From Alphaproteobacteria bacterium (GTDB taxonomy: Bacteria > Pseudomonadota > Alphaproteobacteria > MPNO01 > UBA830), in assembly GCA_964291215.2 (NCBI GenBank), contig OZ219791.1:3360001-3424000 (forward strand): DNA of 64,000 nucleotides, read 5' to 3'. The position numbers and the translations under genes are program-made. A model generated the notes under the pieces. That model was not told the DNA's origin and searched no databases. It worked only from the letters and a program-made list of their open reading frames with translations. Positions 34,358-44,765 of this stretch are shown here, piece by piece (positions within the stretch are counted from its first letter, which is position 1; the number at the start of each line of letters is the position of its first letter).

Positions 34358-35790
34358 GGCAGTGCCTGAAGAAAGGGTCTCGTTAGCGAGGCGGGCAGCT
34401 TCCTCCGGACTGGTTGCAGGATCGAACGCGAGCGCGGAGGCCGCGAAACGCAGCGCCTTGTTCCTCAGATCCGGCGGTGCGCCGACCGCCGACTGCAGGA
34501 CGGCGACGACATCCCTCGCTTCCAGCGCCGGTCCAATTCCTGGCCCATGGCCGATTCGCCGTCCGTGAGGTGAATATCGAGCTTGAGGCCGAGGGCTTCG
34601 CCGACATGGAGGAACAGTTCCCGCGGTCTCGTCGCTTCATCCCGGTCCCACCGGGATGTCGATGACGCAGTGCGTCGCGCCGGCGGCCAGCTTCTTGGAA
34701 AGGATCGAGGAAACGGACCATCTGCCGGAATCGAGGCGGAGCGGCCGGGTGAGGGCGTTCATCACCTCGTCGAGCCGCGAATCGCTGAGCTTGCCATTCC
34801 AGACGAGGCACTCCCCGGTCTGACGCACGGTCTCGCGGGCTTCTCCGGCGTCGAGATCAACGCGCGCAAGGACTTCCAGTGTGTCGGCGGTCCCGGCCGG
34901 CGAGGCGATCGCACGCGAGGATGTGTTGGGAATCGTCATGCCGTGCGCGGCGACGATGGGCACGACGATCATCGAGATTCGGTTGCCCGGGGTGCCGCCC
35001 ATCGAGTGCTTGTCTGCGACCAGTTTCGCATCCCACTCCAGGCAGGTCGCGAATCCGCCCGTGCGCGGGCGAGCGCTGTCGTTTCGTCGCGGGTGAGCGT
35101 CTTGGTGACCGCGACCAGGAAATCCGCGATGTCTTGCTCGTCGAACTTGCCGCTGACGATGTCGGCGATCACGTCGCGATACTCGTCGTGGCCGAGCGCG
35201 AAGCCGGCGATCTTGCGCCGCAGGGGCTGGGAGACCGATCTTCCGATCTCGGAAAGCAGGGCATCTGTCATCTGAGCAACGCCGTCCTCGACGGTCGAGC
35301 TGTTGTCGATGATCCGCCGTTCCACGTTGTCCGGAATCGGTCCAGGGTTTCGTACGAGGCGGCGGCCAATGTCGTCGCGACTCTCCCGGCTGCGCACGGG
35401 GAGGCGCTGCCCCAGAACCTCCGGTGGGGCGGTGACTTCGAAAACGACCATGCGGGGGTAGCGAGAGGCAACTTCGTCGATAATCCCGCGCGAGACGTTG
35501 ACGACTACATGCCGGCCTAACTCGAGGTCGCAGGCATGGCGTTCCGGGATCCCGTACTGCAGGCCGTGCGCTTCCCAGTGGAGCATGAAGTCGCCGGCAT
35601 CGCGCCGCTTGTCAAAATCCGCTGGCGAGGCCTCTTCGTGAACTTCACCGCCCGCATCGGCGGGCCGCGTGATCACGCGGCTCGGAAAGACGAAACCAAG
35701 GTTTCCGATGAGTTGCGCACGCGTGCCGGCAAGCAGCGTATCCTTGCCGCTTCCGCTTGGGCCGACGACGAGAAACAGCGTGCCGGCCAT
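34358..35790 (-). pseudogene. phnN: PhnN (ribose-1,5-bisphosphokinase) fused to a thymidine/AMP phosphorylase-family domain; phosphorylase part disrupted
   Basis: [30 protein letters not shown], then [59 protein letters not shown]; frameshift near 35050 and a deletion near 34630. Confidence 0.85.
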
Positions 35791-35795
35791 CTCGC

Positions 35796-36710
35796 CTACT
35801 GGCTGATGGTAACGTCGAGACCGATGTCCACCGCCGGGGCCGACTGAGTCATGCGGCCGACCGAGAGGGTGTCCACGCCCGATTCAGCCTTTTCCGCGAT
35901 GGTGTCGATCCGGATACCGCCGGAGGCCTCCGTGCGCGCGCGCCCGGCGATGATGCGAATACCCTCTCTCATCATTTCTGGCGGCATGTTGTCGAACATG
36001 ATCACATCGGCGCCCGCCGCTGCGGCTTCCTCGACCTGTTCCAGCGTGTCGCACTCGACCTCGATCTTGGTGAGGGCGGGGGTTAGGGTGCGCGCCTGTG
36101 CCACAGCGCGGGTGATCGAGCCGTGAACCGCGATATGGTTGTCCTTGATGATGATTCCGTCGTGCAAACCAAGCCGGTGAGGGCGTGCACCGCCGATGCA
36201 GGCAGCGTATTTGGAGAGCAGGCGCATGCCGGGGATCGTCTTGCGGGTGTCGATGAGTTGCGTGTTCGTATGGGAGATACGGTTCGCATATTCGTCGACG
36301 AGCGTGGCGATGCCGCACATGAACTGGAGAATGTTCAGAGATGTGCGCTCGATCGTCATGAGAGCCCGCGCGTTGCCGCGAACCCGCATCATGCGTGCGC
36401 CGGCGGCGATGCGTGCGCCGTCGGCCACTGCCAGATCGATCTGTGCCTCGGGTGCCAAGTGGCGGAACACTTCGGCGGCAACCTCTATGCCGGCAACGAC
36501 GATGTCCTGGCGCGTGTTCATCGCGAAATCCGCTGTTGCTTCGGGCGGAATGAGAATATTGGTTGTCAGGTCCTGGATGCCTTCGTCCTCCGCGACCCAG
36601 CCTTCGATCATGCGGTGGAGGTTTTCGCGCCGGGGCAGCAGGAATTCGGCACGGATATCGTCCGGCTGCGCACTTTCTGGATTCCCAGTCGTGGTATCGA
36701 GCGTTGCCAT
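35796..36710 (-). CDS. nadC: Nicotinate-nucleotide pyrophosphorylase (QPRTase)
   Basis: EDEGIQDLTT, IERTSLN, DTRKTIPGMR, HRLGL..IKDNH, IEVECD, EASGGI. Confidence 0.9.
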   Translation of the reverse strand: MATLDTTTGNPESAQPDDIRAEFLLPRRENLHRMIEGWVAEDEGIQDLTTNILIPPEATADFAMNTRQDIVVAGIEVAAEVFRHLAPEAQIDLAVADGARIAAGARMMRVRGNARALMTIERTSLNILQFMCGIATLVDEYANRISHTNTQLIDTRKTIPGMRLLSKYAACIGGARPHRLGLHDGIIIKDNHIAVHGSITRAVAQARTLTPALTKIEVECDTLEQVEEAAAAGADVIMFDNMPPEMMREGIRIIAGRARTEASGGIRIDTIAEKAESGVDTLSVGRMTQSAPAVDIGLDVTISQ

Positions 36711-36749
36711 CCTAGACCCCATGTCGTGATCTGGATCAATACATCAGGG

Positions 36750-37790
36750 GCTCAGCACCTGCAAGACCGGCGATCGCCGCGCTGTTTGCGGAAGCGCCAG
36801 CTGGAGAGGCTTCCGAAAGCGGCGCCGGAAGGCAAGCCGCTGCGCTCAACCATCGCGTGTTCGTCAACCATGGACAACAATTTCGGGGAAAGGGCTATCA
36901 GGGGCCCGGCCAACGGGCGGAAGTCCGGCTTCGGTTCCGACAGCATGGACGGCTGTCGGCGGTCATGTACACGGTCCTGTTCACGGTCGCGAGGAGCGGC
37001 CTCGACGTTCTGCGCTGGCTTGATGCCTGCGCGGAGAACGGCGGCCCGGCGATCCGTCGCCCTGGTTGCCGTGAGCCCGGAGAGGCGGCGGAGATTCGCG
37101 GCGCCGCCATGAGCGGCGAGGTCGAGTGCCGTTGCCATGGGCGCGATTTCATGGTCGCGCAGTGCTGCGACGATCACGGAGCGGACCCCATCGCCCGCGC
37201 CTTCTGCCGCCGCCGGCCCCGAAGCTGATCACACCGCCGCCCCGAAGACCCTCGACGAGCTCCGCCCGCCGACTTCCGGGTCGTGGGCACCTGGGAAGGC
37301 CGGTTGTGGAACGAGTTCGTCGTCCGCTGACACTGCCTCGGATACACGCGCCTGATCGGCGCGCAGATGCGCTACCATGCGGCGAGCCGCTGCTTCTCGA
37401 CCGCCGCATGGACCGCGCGCTGCAGCACCGCGCCCGTGCCCTGCGAGACCTTGGTCGAGGGCCCGCGCCGCGGCGTCTGCCGGCCGCGTCGGAACAACCA
37501 GCGGCCGCCACGACCGACATGACAGAAGCCGAAGAAGGAAATCTGGCCCGCTCCGCAAGGAGCGGACCCTCAATCGCTGAACCCTGCAACCGGCACAGGA
37601 TGGCGCTCAGCTCCTCCTCCGCAGTACCGGGAGAAAACCGCAACCAATGCGGAAAACACGGCATGGCGCCAGTGCCCCTCACCGCGCATCCCGGTGCACG
37701 AAACCGCTCCGGGTGACGCTGGAACTCCCTGACAAAAGCCCGTCAAACGGACGAAAACAACAACACCTCAGCGCACGAACGAACGCTTAC
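36750..37790 (+). mobile_element. IS66 type 2 (DUF4338 passenger), right portion
   Basis: MDNNFGERAIRGP; homologous to ~48690-49662; ends in gaacgaacgcttac. Confidence 0.85.
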
Positions 37791-37879
37791 GCACCCTCTC
37801 CGACAGCTCGACATGTTCATCTTGATGCATGCGCTCTCCTTCACCCTGTGCAACATGGTGCACCTGACTAACTGGGTGC

Positions 37880-38189
37880 TGCACGGGCTCAGGGAACGGT
37901 TTCCGATGTCGGAGGCGCCGAATCTAAAGCGGTTGCCGAGCGAATATATGCAGTAAATGTACTTCACGACCCAGCCAATGGAACGGACGGACATGGAGCT
38001 TCTTGGGCGAGTTTCCGGGCGATGCGCGCGGAGACGCAGCTACTCTACGCCTCGGACTGGCCGCACTGGGATTTTGACTCCCCGGCGAGTGTCTACGATT
38101 TGCCGTTCCTGGACGAGGAGGCCAAGCGCAATATACTGGGGCGCAACGCCGCACGCCTTTTCGGGCTGCCCGATTCGACAGCGGCATGA
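37880..38189 (+). pseudogene. Amidohydrolase family 2, C-terminal remnant
   Basis: EAPNLKRLPSEYMQ*MYFTTQPME..LLYASDWPHWDFD..KRNILGRNAARLF. Confidence 0.75.
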
Positions 38190-38209
38190 AACCAGCAGAG
38201 GGAACGAGG

Positions 38210-38527
38210 ATGATTACTGTACTCGTGACATACAAGCTTCCGGAGGGTGTCGATCGCGATGCTGCACACAAGCTTTCGCAGCAGGCAGCGCCGCGGTTCC
38301 AGGGCATTCCGGGCCTGCAGAGCAAGCATTTTCTCTATCACCAGGCCCAGGGTCTTGGCGGCGGCTTCTACACCTGGGACACGCACGAGGCCGCTGAGGC
38401 CTTCCACAGCGAGGCCTGGCTCGATTCGATGGAGGAACGCATGGGATCAAGACCCGAACTGACATTCTTCGAGACTGCCGTGCGGGTCGACAACGCGGCA
38501 AACCGCATCGAGGTCGAGGCGGCATAG
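38210..38527 (+). CDS. YdhR-like putative monooxygenase
   Basis: APRFQGIPGLQSKHFL..GGGFYTWDTHEAAEAFHSEAW. Confidence 0.8.
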   Translation: MITVLVTYKLPEGVDRDAAHKLSQQAAPRFQGIPGLQSKHFLYHQAQGLGGGFYTWDTHEAAEAFHSEAWLDSMEERMGSRPELTFFETAVRVDNAANRIEVEAA

Positions 38528-38556
38528 GCGCTTCCTTTCCGGATCCGCAAGGGTTC

Positions 38557-38749
38557 CACGACGATCCCACGCTGCTAATCCGGCGACGACTGGCGAGATT
38601 TTCTCAGTTTGCGTCGCGTTGCAATCGTGCCGCCAAGGCTCGATGGGACCTTCTTGGCACGAAAATTGCGATCAAGGAGGCGATCTGTGATGAGCCGAGC
38701 CCCAACGCATTCGGATTTCGCGTCTCCGAATTAGCATGGGATCGTCGTG
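38557..38749 (+). mobile_element. MITE copy 4
   Basis: TIRs cacgacgatcccacgctg / tagcatgggatcgtcgtg; imperfect flanking repeat gcaagggttc/gcaaggggcc. Confidence 0.9.
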
Positions 38750-38919
38750 GCAAGGGGCCGCCTGTTACTTTCGGTTCCTCGGGTACCGGCCTATACTGAT
38801 CGGGAAGTCCTGTTAGCGATCCTGTCATCGGCTAAGAATGGTTTCGGGACGTGTCGGGGAACCACGGCAGATTCGTCAAGTTGTGGCGAATATGCGCATT
38901 ACGGACAGCAGGAGGATAC

Positions 38920-39342
38920 ATGACTGACGGGATCAAGATCCTGAACCCGCCCGGTCTCGGACCGGCGCAGGGACTTTATTCCCAGGCTACGTTCGTGCCT
39001 GCAGGACTTGGGACATACCACATCGCGGGCCAGCTTTCGGTGGGTCAGGATGGCGAGATCGTCGGTGTTGGCGATTTCGAGGCGCAGTTCAATCAGGTCT
39101 ACGGCAACCTGAAGGCCGTGCTGAGCGCGCTCGGTGAAGACTGCGACAGCATCATCACCATGCGGACATTTCTTGTGCACTCGCAGTCCATTCCGAAATT
39201 CATGGAATTACGGGTAGCCCTGTTTCCCACGATCTTCACCGGGCCCGACTATCCGCCGAATACGCTCTTGGTGGTCGATCGGCTGGTAAAGGAAGAGTTT
39301 CTGCTTGAAGTCGAGGCGGTTGCCGCGAAGCTTCATGACTGA
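38920..39342 (+). CDS. RidA/YjgF family protein
   Basis: GLYSQA..IAGQL..GDFEAQ..YPPNTLLVVDRLVKEEFLLEVEAVA; RBS aggagg. Confidence 0.88.
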   Translation: MTDGIKILNPPGLGPAQGLYSQATFVPAGLGTYHIAGQLSVGQDGEIVGVGDFEAQFNQVYGNLKAVLSALGEDCDSIITMRTFLVHSQSIPKFMELRVALFPTIFTGPDYPPNTLLVVDRLVKEEFLLEVEAVAAKLHD

Positions 39343-39377
39343 ACTGACAGCGCGCGTTTCAGCTCGAGGAGGTCGCA

Positions 39378-40013
39378 ATGAGCCACGACTACGAACAGGT
39401 TTCCGGCCGCATCGTGCATGATGAGACGGTGCCGGCTCGCGCCGGATGGAGCCGCGTGATCAGCAAGGGGCAAGTGCTCCGGATCATCGATCTCGAAGGC
39501 CGGCAGGCGGTTGACTTTCTCTGTTACAACGCAGACGACTACGAGGATCGCTACGCCGCGGCCGATACGATGAAGATCAACCCGTCGGGGATATTCATAG
39601 GCAAGGATACGGTGCTCTACAGCGTGAACTGCAATCCGATGTTTACCGTCATCGAGGATACCTGCGGCAACCATGACACCATAGGCGGGTGCTGTTCCGA
39701 AGCGCTCAATCGTTTCCGCTACGGAGCCACCGGCGAGCCAAGTTGCCGCCAGAATTTCCTTGATCAGCTTGAGAGATACGGCATGGGTCCTAGGGACATT
39801 CCTGCGAACCTCAACTTTTTCATGTATGTGCCTGTAGGATCGGACGGATCCATGGATATGGGACCCAGTATATCCAAGCCGGGCAGCTACGTTGATCTCC
39901 GAGCAGAAAGGAACGTACTGGCGGTGATCTCGAACTGCCCCCAGATCAACAATCCGGTGAACGACTATAACCCCACGCCGATCCGGCTCATTGTCACGGA
40001 GTACGTGGCGTAG
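39378..40013 (+). CDS. DUF1989 urea carboxylase-associated (CgdB-like) protein
   Basis: GQVLRIIDLEGRQAVDFL, DTCGNHDTIGGCCS, NLNFFMYVPV, ISNCPQINNP. Confidence 0.88.
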   Translation: MSHDYEQVSGRIVHDETVPARAGWSRVISKGQVLRIIDLEGRQAVDFLCYNADDYEDRYAAADTMKINPSGIFIGKDTVLYSVNCNPMFTVIEDTCGNHDTIGGCCSEALNRFRYGATGEPSCRQNFLDQLERYGMGPRDIPANLNFFMYVPVGSDGSMDMGPSISKPGSYVDLRAERNVLAVISNCPQINNPVNDYNPTPIRLIVTEYVA

Positions 40014-40129
40014 ACGTGATTGCGAGCCAGTGCGCATACGTGTTCGGCGGACAAGGCAATCTGGCGCAATCGCGCTGGAGAGTACGTTGTGAATGTGGTC
40101 GTTTTTACGAAACGTCCTGCCTCCGAGAC

Positions 40130-40323
40130 CACGGCGATCCCATGCTGATTCCGAGACGCGAAATCCAAAAGCGTTGGGGCTCGCGTCATCGCAGCTCGTC
40201 TCCTTGATCGCAATTTTTCGTGCCGAGAAGGCCCCATCGAGCCTTGGCGACACGATTGTAGCGCGACGTAAACTGAAAAAGTCTCGTCAGTCGTCGCTGG
40301 ATTAGTAGCGTCGGATCATCGTG
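40130..40323 (-). mobile_element. MITE copy 5
   Basis: Homologous to copy 1 with TIRs; no TSD seen. Confidence 0.88.
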
Positions 40324-40639
40324 CCATCCATGCGGCAGTCCTTGCCGCAGTTCGGCGACTGCGTCGTCGGGATGAGTGGACATTCAGTCCGAATGAGATT
40401 GTCCGGGCTTTGCCACATGTCAACGCGAGTTCTGTTCACTCTCACATCGTCATCCGATGACGCGAGAACGCTCCGCAGAACCATCTGCACCGAGGGTCAT
40501 ATTTTTGTCGCTTGAGCCGAGGTGTCTACGAAATCCTGCCGTCGTTTCGTCGAGTCGAGCCCGAAGGATCGTCGGTACGGGAAGAGGACGTTGGCAATGG
40601 GCGGCGGCGCAGGGGCGCCCGGTGCTGAGGAATATCCAC

Positions 40640-40872
40640 GATCGGCGATTCACGCCGTGGTGTCGGAAAGCGAAGGCTGGTACGTCGTTGAGTGCCTGGA
40701 GGTCGCCGTCGTCACCTAGGGCCGGTCCCTGGATGAGACGCTATCGAACTTGAAGAGCGCTCTGGAACCGCATCTTGATGAGGAAGAGGCCGCCCGGGCC
40801 GGTCTCCACCCGGCGCCGCGGCTGGTCGTCAACTACGAGACTTCGGCGCTGACCGCCTCATTGTGCCTCTGA
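40640..40872 (+). pseudogene. HicB-family antitoxin with in-frame amber
   Basis: IHAVVSESEGWYVVECLEVAVVT*GRSLDETLSNLKSALEPHL; TAG at 40717. Confidence 0.75.
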
Positions 40873-41105
40873 ATCGCTTGACATGGAGGGAGGTGGTGAG
40901 GCTACTCGGTGACTTCGGTTTCGAAGTTGTCTTCACCATGGCCGCCACGCCAAACTTGTTCGCGTGCTGGCGTCTGTCGAACGACAAGTCCTGACGGTCC
41001 CGGTGCATTCGCAACTGGTCATCGGAACGGTGCAAACGATTTACCGTCAGGCAGCGAGATTTGTTCTAGGCGAGGAATTGCGCTCGAAGTTCTACGCCGA
41101 TCGAG
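40863..41105 (+). pseudogene. HicA-family toxin, frameshifted
   Basis: LTWREVVRLLGDFGFEVV / GRHAKL..LTVPVHSQLVIGTVQTIYRQA; frameshift near 40936. Confidence 0.75.
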
Positions 41106-42930
41106 AGGCGTGGCACGAGCGGGTCATGCTGGCGCTGCTGCGGGAGACCGCGCCGGGGCTGGACGCTGCCGAGCGGCGTATCGTCGAGACCCTCGTGGAA
41201 GCCGAAACACCATTCTCGCAGCGCCAGACCAAGGAACGTGTTGTCATCCGGACGACCACCCTCGGAGCTGCTCCATGGACGTCCATGCGCGAACGATGTG
41301 TCCGGTGTGAGAACGAAACACCGCAGGGCACCGTCAACTCGCTTCTTGGCCGTTCAAGCGCTTGGGGGATGAAAGCCGTTGAAACCAGCGCTTAACCCCA
41401 GCGGCTCTTGAGCGGCAGCGCTCTCCGCAACTTACGGGGCAGTCCCCGATTTGCTGCGCGGCCTCCGAGCGTGACTATGGGAAATACGAGGCAACAATTC
41501 TCATACGGCCAACAGTGCCGACTTTGCTAGCAAGCTCCGTAAGTGCCGCAAAGAAAACGACCTGCCGTGAAGGTAGATCAACCGATTGCCGAGAGTTGGA
41601 GAGGCTAGTAGTATGAAATTATTGTATTGATGGATATAGAGACTTCAGTTTCGTCCGGGCATCCTTCGTCGTGAAACGCCAGTCGACGGTGACATCGCCC
41701 GCATTGCGCCGTTCCACCCATGCTGCCGTCTCCCGCCGCATGGTGTCACGGTCGGGAATGCGTCGCCGAAGGCACTGCCGCGACAGCGCACCGATCTCGG
41801 CCATGTTGAGCCAGCTTCCGTGCTTCGGCGTATAGCGAAACTCGAACCGCTTTCGTACCCGCCTCGCCTCTTCGGGCTCGAAGGCTTCATACAGTGACTG
41901 TGCGTGTTCAGATTGTCCAGCACGATCTTCCTGTCGGGGAAATGGTCGTCGGCAAGCTCCCGGATGAAGTGCGCCCAGTCCCGCGGCGGTCGATGACTTT
42001 CACCGTGCGTCAGTTCTCGTTGGGCGCGAAGGCCAGGAAGAGGTTGGCCGTGCCGTTGTGCTCATATTCATAGTCGACCACCTCCGGCTGACCGGAGGAC
42101 GGGGGATGCGGGTTTCCTTCGTCTGCTGCCGGCTGGTCTCAGCACCTCGTCCCCGGTAAAGTCCCGCTGATAAATGTCAAGTACGTCCGCCGCCACGAAC
42201 TGTGCGCTCCGGTGCGGTGGAATGCACCAGTACTGCTTCAGCCACGGCTTGATCTCTTTTTTTTAGCGTCTTCCTGACCGTCTCTTCTGAAATGCGCTCG
42301 ACAATCTCCATCTCCACCAGACGGCCGGCAAGCAGCTTCAGCGTCCACAGCCCTCGGGCGGGGACGAACAGGGCGATCAGCTTCGCCTCCATCGCCCCCG
42401 TTTCGGCCGGCGGTTCACCTGCTCCTTGCGGCTGAGGGCGGCGTCCAACCCCTCCAGGACGCAGCGCTTGCGCAAGCGCTCAATCGTCGCCGTGCCGATG
42501 CCCAGCCCTTGCGCAATGTCGGCATCGACAAGCGCCCCCTCAGCATCAGGACCTGTGCCCGGCGCCAGGCGGCCCCGGTGCCGTCGACGATCGCCTTCAG
42601 ATCCCGGCGCTCCTGCGCCGAAAGGGTTACCCGGTAGAGCTTCCTGCCCTGAGAGTTGGCCATATGCGCCGCTCCTATCATTGCGCCGAAGTATCTACTC
42701 ACCCCTTGTTGGGTTCTGATTGGCCATAGTGCTCGTTGATGATGTCTGCGGCTTTTCCGTCGAGGGCGATCTGGGTGGCAACGAGTGGGTTGTCGCCGAG
42801 TGCGGCCATGGAGGTGAGGTAGCTTGAGCCCCGGCACCATGCTTTTGCGTGGAGCGGAAGCATCCGGACACCTTGACCTTTGCCATCCTGATCTTCTGTT
42901 CTCCGGCATTGTTGGTGAAGCTGACGTTGG

Positions 42931-44765
42931 GTGCGCCAGGCTAACTGGTGGAATGTTGCCGGGTGCAAGTCCCGGCAGGAAGAGAGGCTAACCACCACTT
43001 TCTCCGTGAACCATGCGTCGGGCGTCGTGAGGCGTCAGGCGAAGCGTTGGGGAGCGGCAGGCGTGGGCCGGGCTATTGAGCCACGAGATGCTTTGAAACC
43101 GGAGTGCCGAGGTCGTCCAAGTGGCCGAAGGCAACACCCCGCGAGCCGCGTTGGTGAGGCGAGCGGGGGCTCCGCGGGGTCCGAGAACCATGGCACGCGC
43201 CGAAGCAGTCCACCGGGACCTGGGAGGTCTTTCAATCGCCCCTCTGTCGTGGAGGGGCCGCAGAGGAAAGGAACTATTCCATAAACCGATGATGAACGAG
43301 AAGTCAGATCCGGCCATAGTACCGTTGAAGGCGGCGAACAAGGGTTCTTCGGAGCCTGCGGAGTTGCTGGAGGGAAGGGCCGGACCCAAGGGCAATGCGG
43401 TTGGCCAAAGCCCGCGCCGCGCGCAGAAGCGGGGGAGCGGGTCACAGGCGGCTGAACGCAGGTAGCGAAGAGGAACCCGGAAGAGCGTCTTGTGGCGCTA
43501 CTCCACCACGTGACGGTCGACGCTCTGCACGATGCGTTCCATTCCTTGAGGAAGGACGCGGCGGCGGGCGTGGACGGCGTTGTGTGGCAAGCGTATGCGG
43601 AGGGTGTGGAAGACCGGCTGGTTGACCTGCACGCCCGTGTGCACAGGGGTGCGTACCGGGCGCCTCCATCTCGGCGGGTTTACATACCCAAGGAGGATGG
43701 AGGGCAACGACCGCTTGGCATTGCCTCGCTGGAGGACAAGATTCTTCAGCGGGCAGTGACGGACGTGATTCTGGTGCCGCTCTACGAAACGGAGTTCCTC
43801 GGGTTTAGTTACGGTTTCCGGCCGGGGCGCGGGACGCATCACGCGCTCGACGCCGTCACGGTCGGAGTGGAACGGCGGAAGGTCAACTGGATCGTTGACG
43901 CCGACATCCGCGGGTTCTTCGACAATCTCGACCGCGACCACCTGATTGCGATGCTCGGGAAACGGATCGGGGACAAGCGGGTTATCCGGCTGATCATCAA
44001 GTGGCTAAACGCCGGCGTCATGGAAGGGACCGACTGGTCGGATACGGGCAAGGGAACACCGCAGGGGGCGATTGTATCGCCCTGCCTCGCGAACGTTTAC
44101 CTGCACTACGTGCGACTGGGTCCAGAACCACTGGCGCAAGCGGATGGCTGGAGGCGACACGATCATTATGCGGACGACTTCGTGTGCGGCTTTCAGCATC
44201 TGGGCGATGCGCAGCGCTTTCTCCGGGACCTTGGGGAGAGGCTGGCCCACTTGAACTGCACCCGGACAATCATCGAGTTCGGTCGGTTTGCCAGAGCGAA
44301 CCGCCGGAAGCAGGGCAAGACGTTCGACTTCCTCGGCATGACGCACTTCTGCGAACAGACGAGGAAAGGCAGGTTCAGGGTCGGTCGCAAACCGTCTCGC
44401 AAACGGGCACCCTGCGGCGGATCAAGGGGGCCTTGCGCATGCGATGGCACGACAACCGGCACGAAACGGCCAAGTGGCTTGGGCGAGTCATCAACGGCTG
44501 CTACTACGCCGTCCCGGGAAGCAGTCAATCCCTGCAGGGGTTCATACACCAATGCAAACGGCTGCTCATGCGTGCCCTTCGGCGACGCTCCCAAAAGGAC
44601 TTCACCGGGGACATAGACACCCTCGCCGCTGCCCACTGGCCCAAAGCCAGCATCCGCCACCCGTGGCCAAACCAGCGCCTTGTCGTCAGGGGAGGAGCCG
44701 GATGCGAACAGCGCACGTCCGGTTCTGTGCGGGGGGACCGGGGTAACCCGGTTCCCTACCGCAAT
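42931..44765 (+). mobile_element. Group II intron (IIB-like)
   Basis: 5' GTGCG; domain V gagccggatgcg..cgcacgtccggttc, domain VI, 3' AT; removal restores gttgg|ggtcg as in IS66 copy C. Confidence 0.93.
43289..44690 (+). pseudogene. ltrA: Intron reverse transcriptase/maturase, frameshifted
   Basis: RRVYIPKEDGGQRPLGI, SYGFRPGR, DADIRGFFD, GTPQG, YADD, FDFLG; deletions mainly in the 3' half; no endonuclease domain. Confidence 0.88.

Noticed and set aside
38750-38919. Guanidine riboswitch upstream of RidA-DUF1989
   Set aside because: No ykkC, mini-ykkC or ykkC-III consensus recognised by eye; an Infernal scan is needed
43289-44690. RT as a retron, DGR or defence RT
   Set aside because: Enclosed by canonical group II intron ends and domains V/VI; no TR/VR or msr-msd
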